Origin: a virus
Lineage: Duplodnaviria > Caudoviricetes
Length of the DNA stretch: 25,145 bases
Virus record (IMG/VR): IMGVR_UViG_3300037493_001173
Coordinates: 1 to 25,145 of that record
Direction: 5' to 3' (one strand)
Part shown: in pieces, positions 25,145 to 25,145 of the stretch
Numbering within the stretch: position 1 is the first letter of the stretch
How the letters are laid out: every line of letters starts with the position of its first letter
Made by a program: the position numbers and the translations under genes
The notes under the pieces: generated by a model
The model's input: only the letters and a program-made list of their open reading frames with translations
What the model was told of the DNA's origin: nothing
The model's database searches: none

Positions 25145-25145
25145 A

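Noticed and set aside
1-25145. Integrase, DGR/reverse transcriptase, intron/intein or alternative genetic code
   Set aside because: No such motifs seen, and the large genes are uninterrupted in the standard code. Lifestyle cannot be determined from this window.

Overview
This AT-rich 25-kb window is part of a tailed dsDNA (siphovirus-like) phage genome. The host is probably a Bacteroidota species, judged from TTTG-N19-TAnnTTTG promoters and A-rich, Shine-Dalgarno-less leaders. The + arm (525-8794) carries small early genes, an SSB-like protein, HTH regulators, a stand-alone DnaA domain IV protein, a replication initiator containing an iteron/AT-rich origin, and the large terminase. The convergent - arm (8789-25145) carries tail genes, tape measure, prohead protease, scaffold, major capsid, tail tube, portal, adaptor and a lysis cassette. 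The most notable observation is an ~80-nt + strand transcription unit (about 16612-16693) antisense within the late region. It has its own promoter-like box and a + strand-oriented terminator. Its core (TTGATTTTTGATTTTGATTTTA plus an anti-AUG segment) is complementary to an (AAAATC)n motif at the translation starts of about ten early/replication genes, suggesting a phage multi-target small-RNA regulon. Also found: a D-arm-less tRNA-like element and a boxA-like site in the early leader, and an A10/A-AAA-AAG slippery site at the portal/MuF-like domain junction. Protein calls rest on motifs and synteny read by eye; no searches were run.
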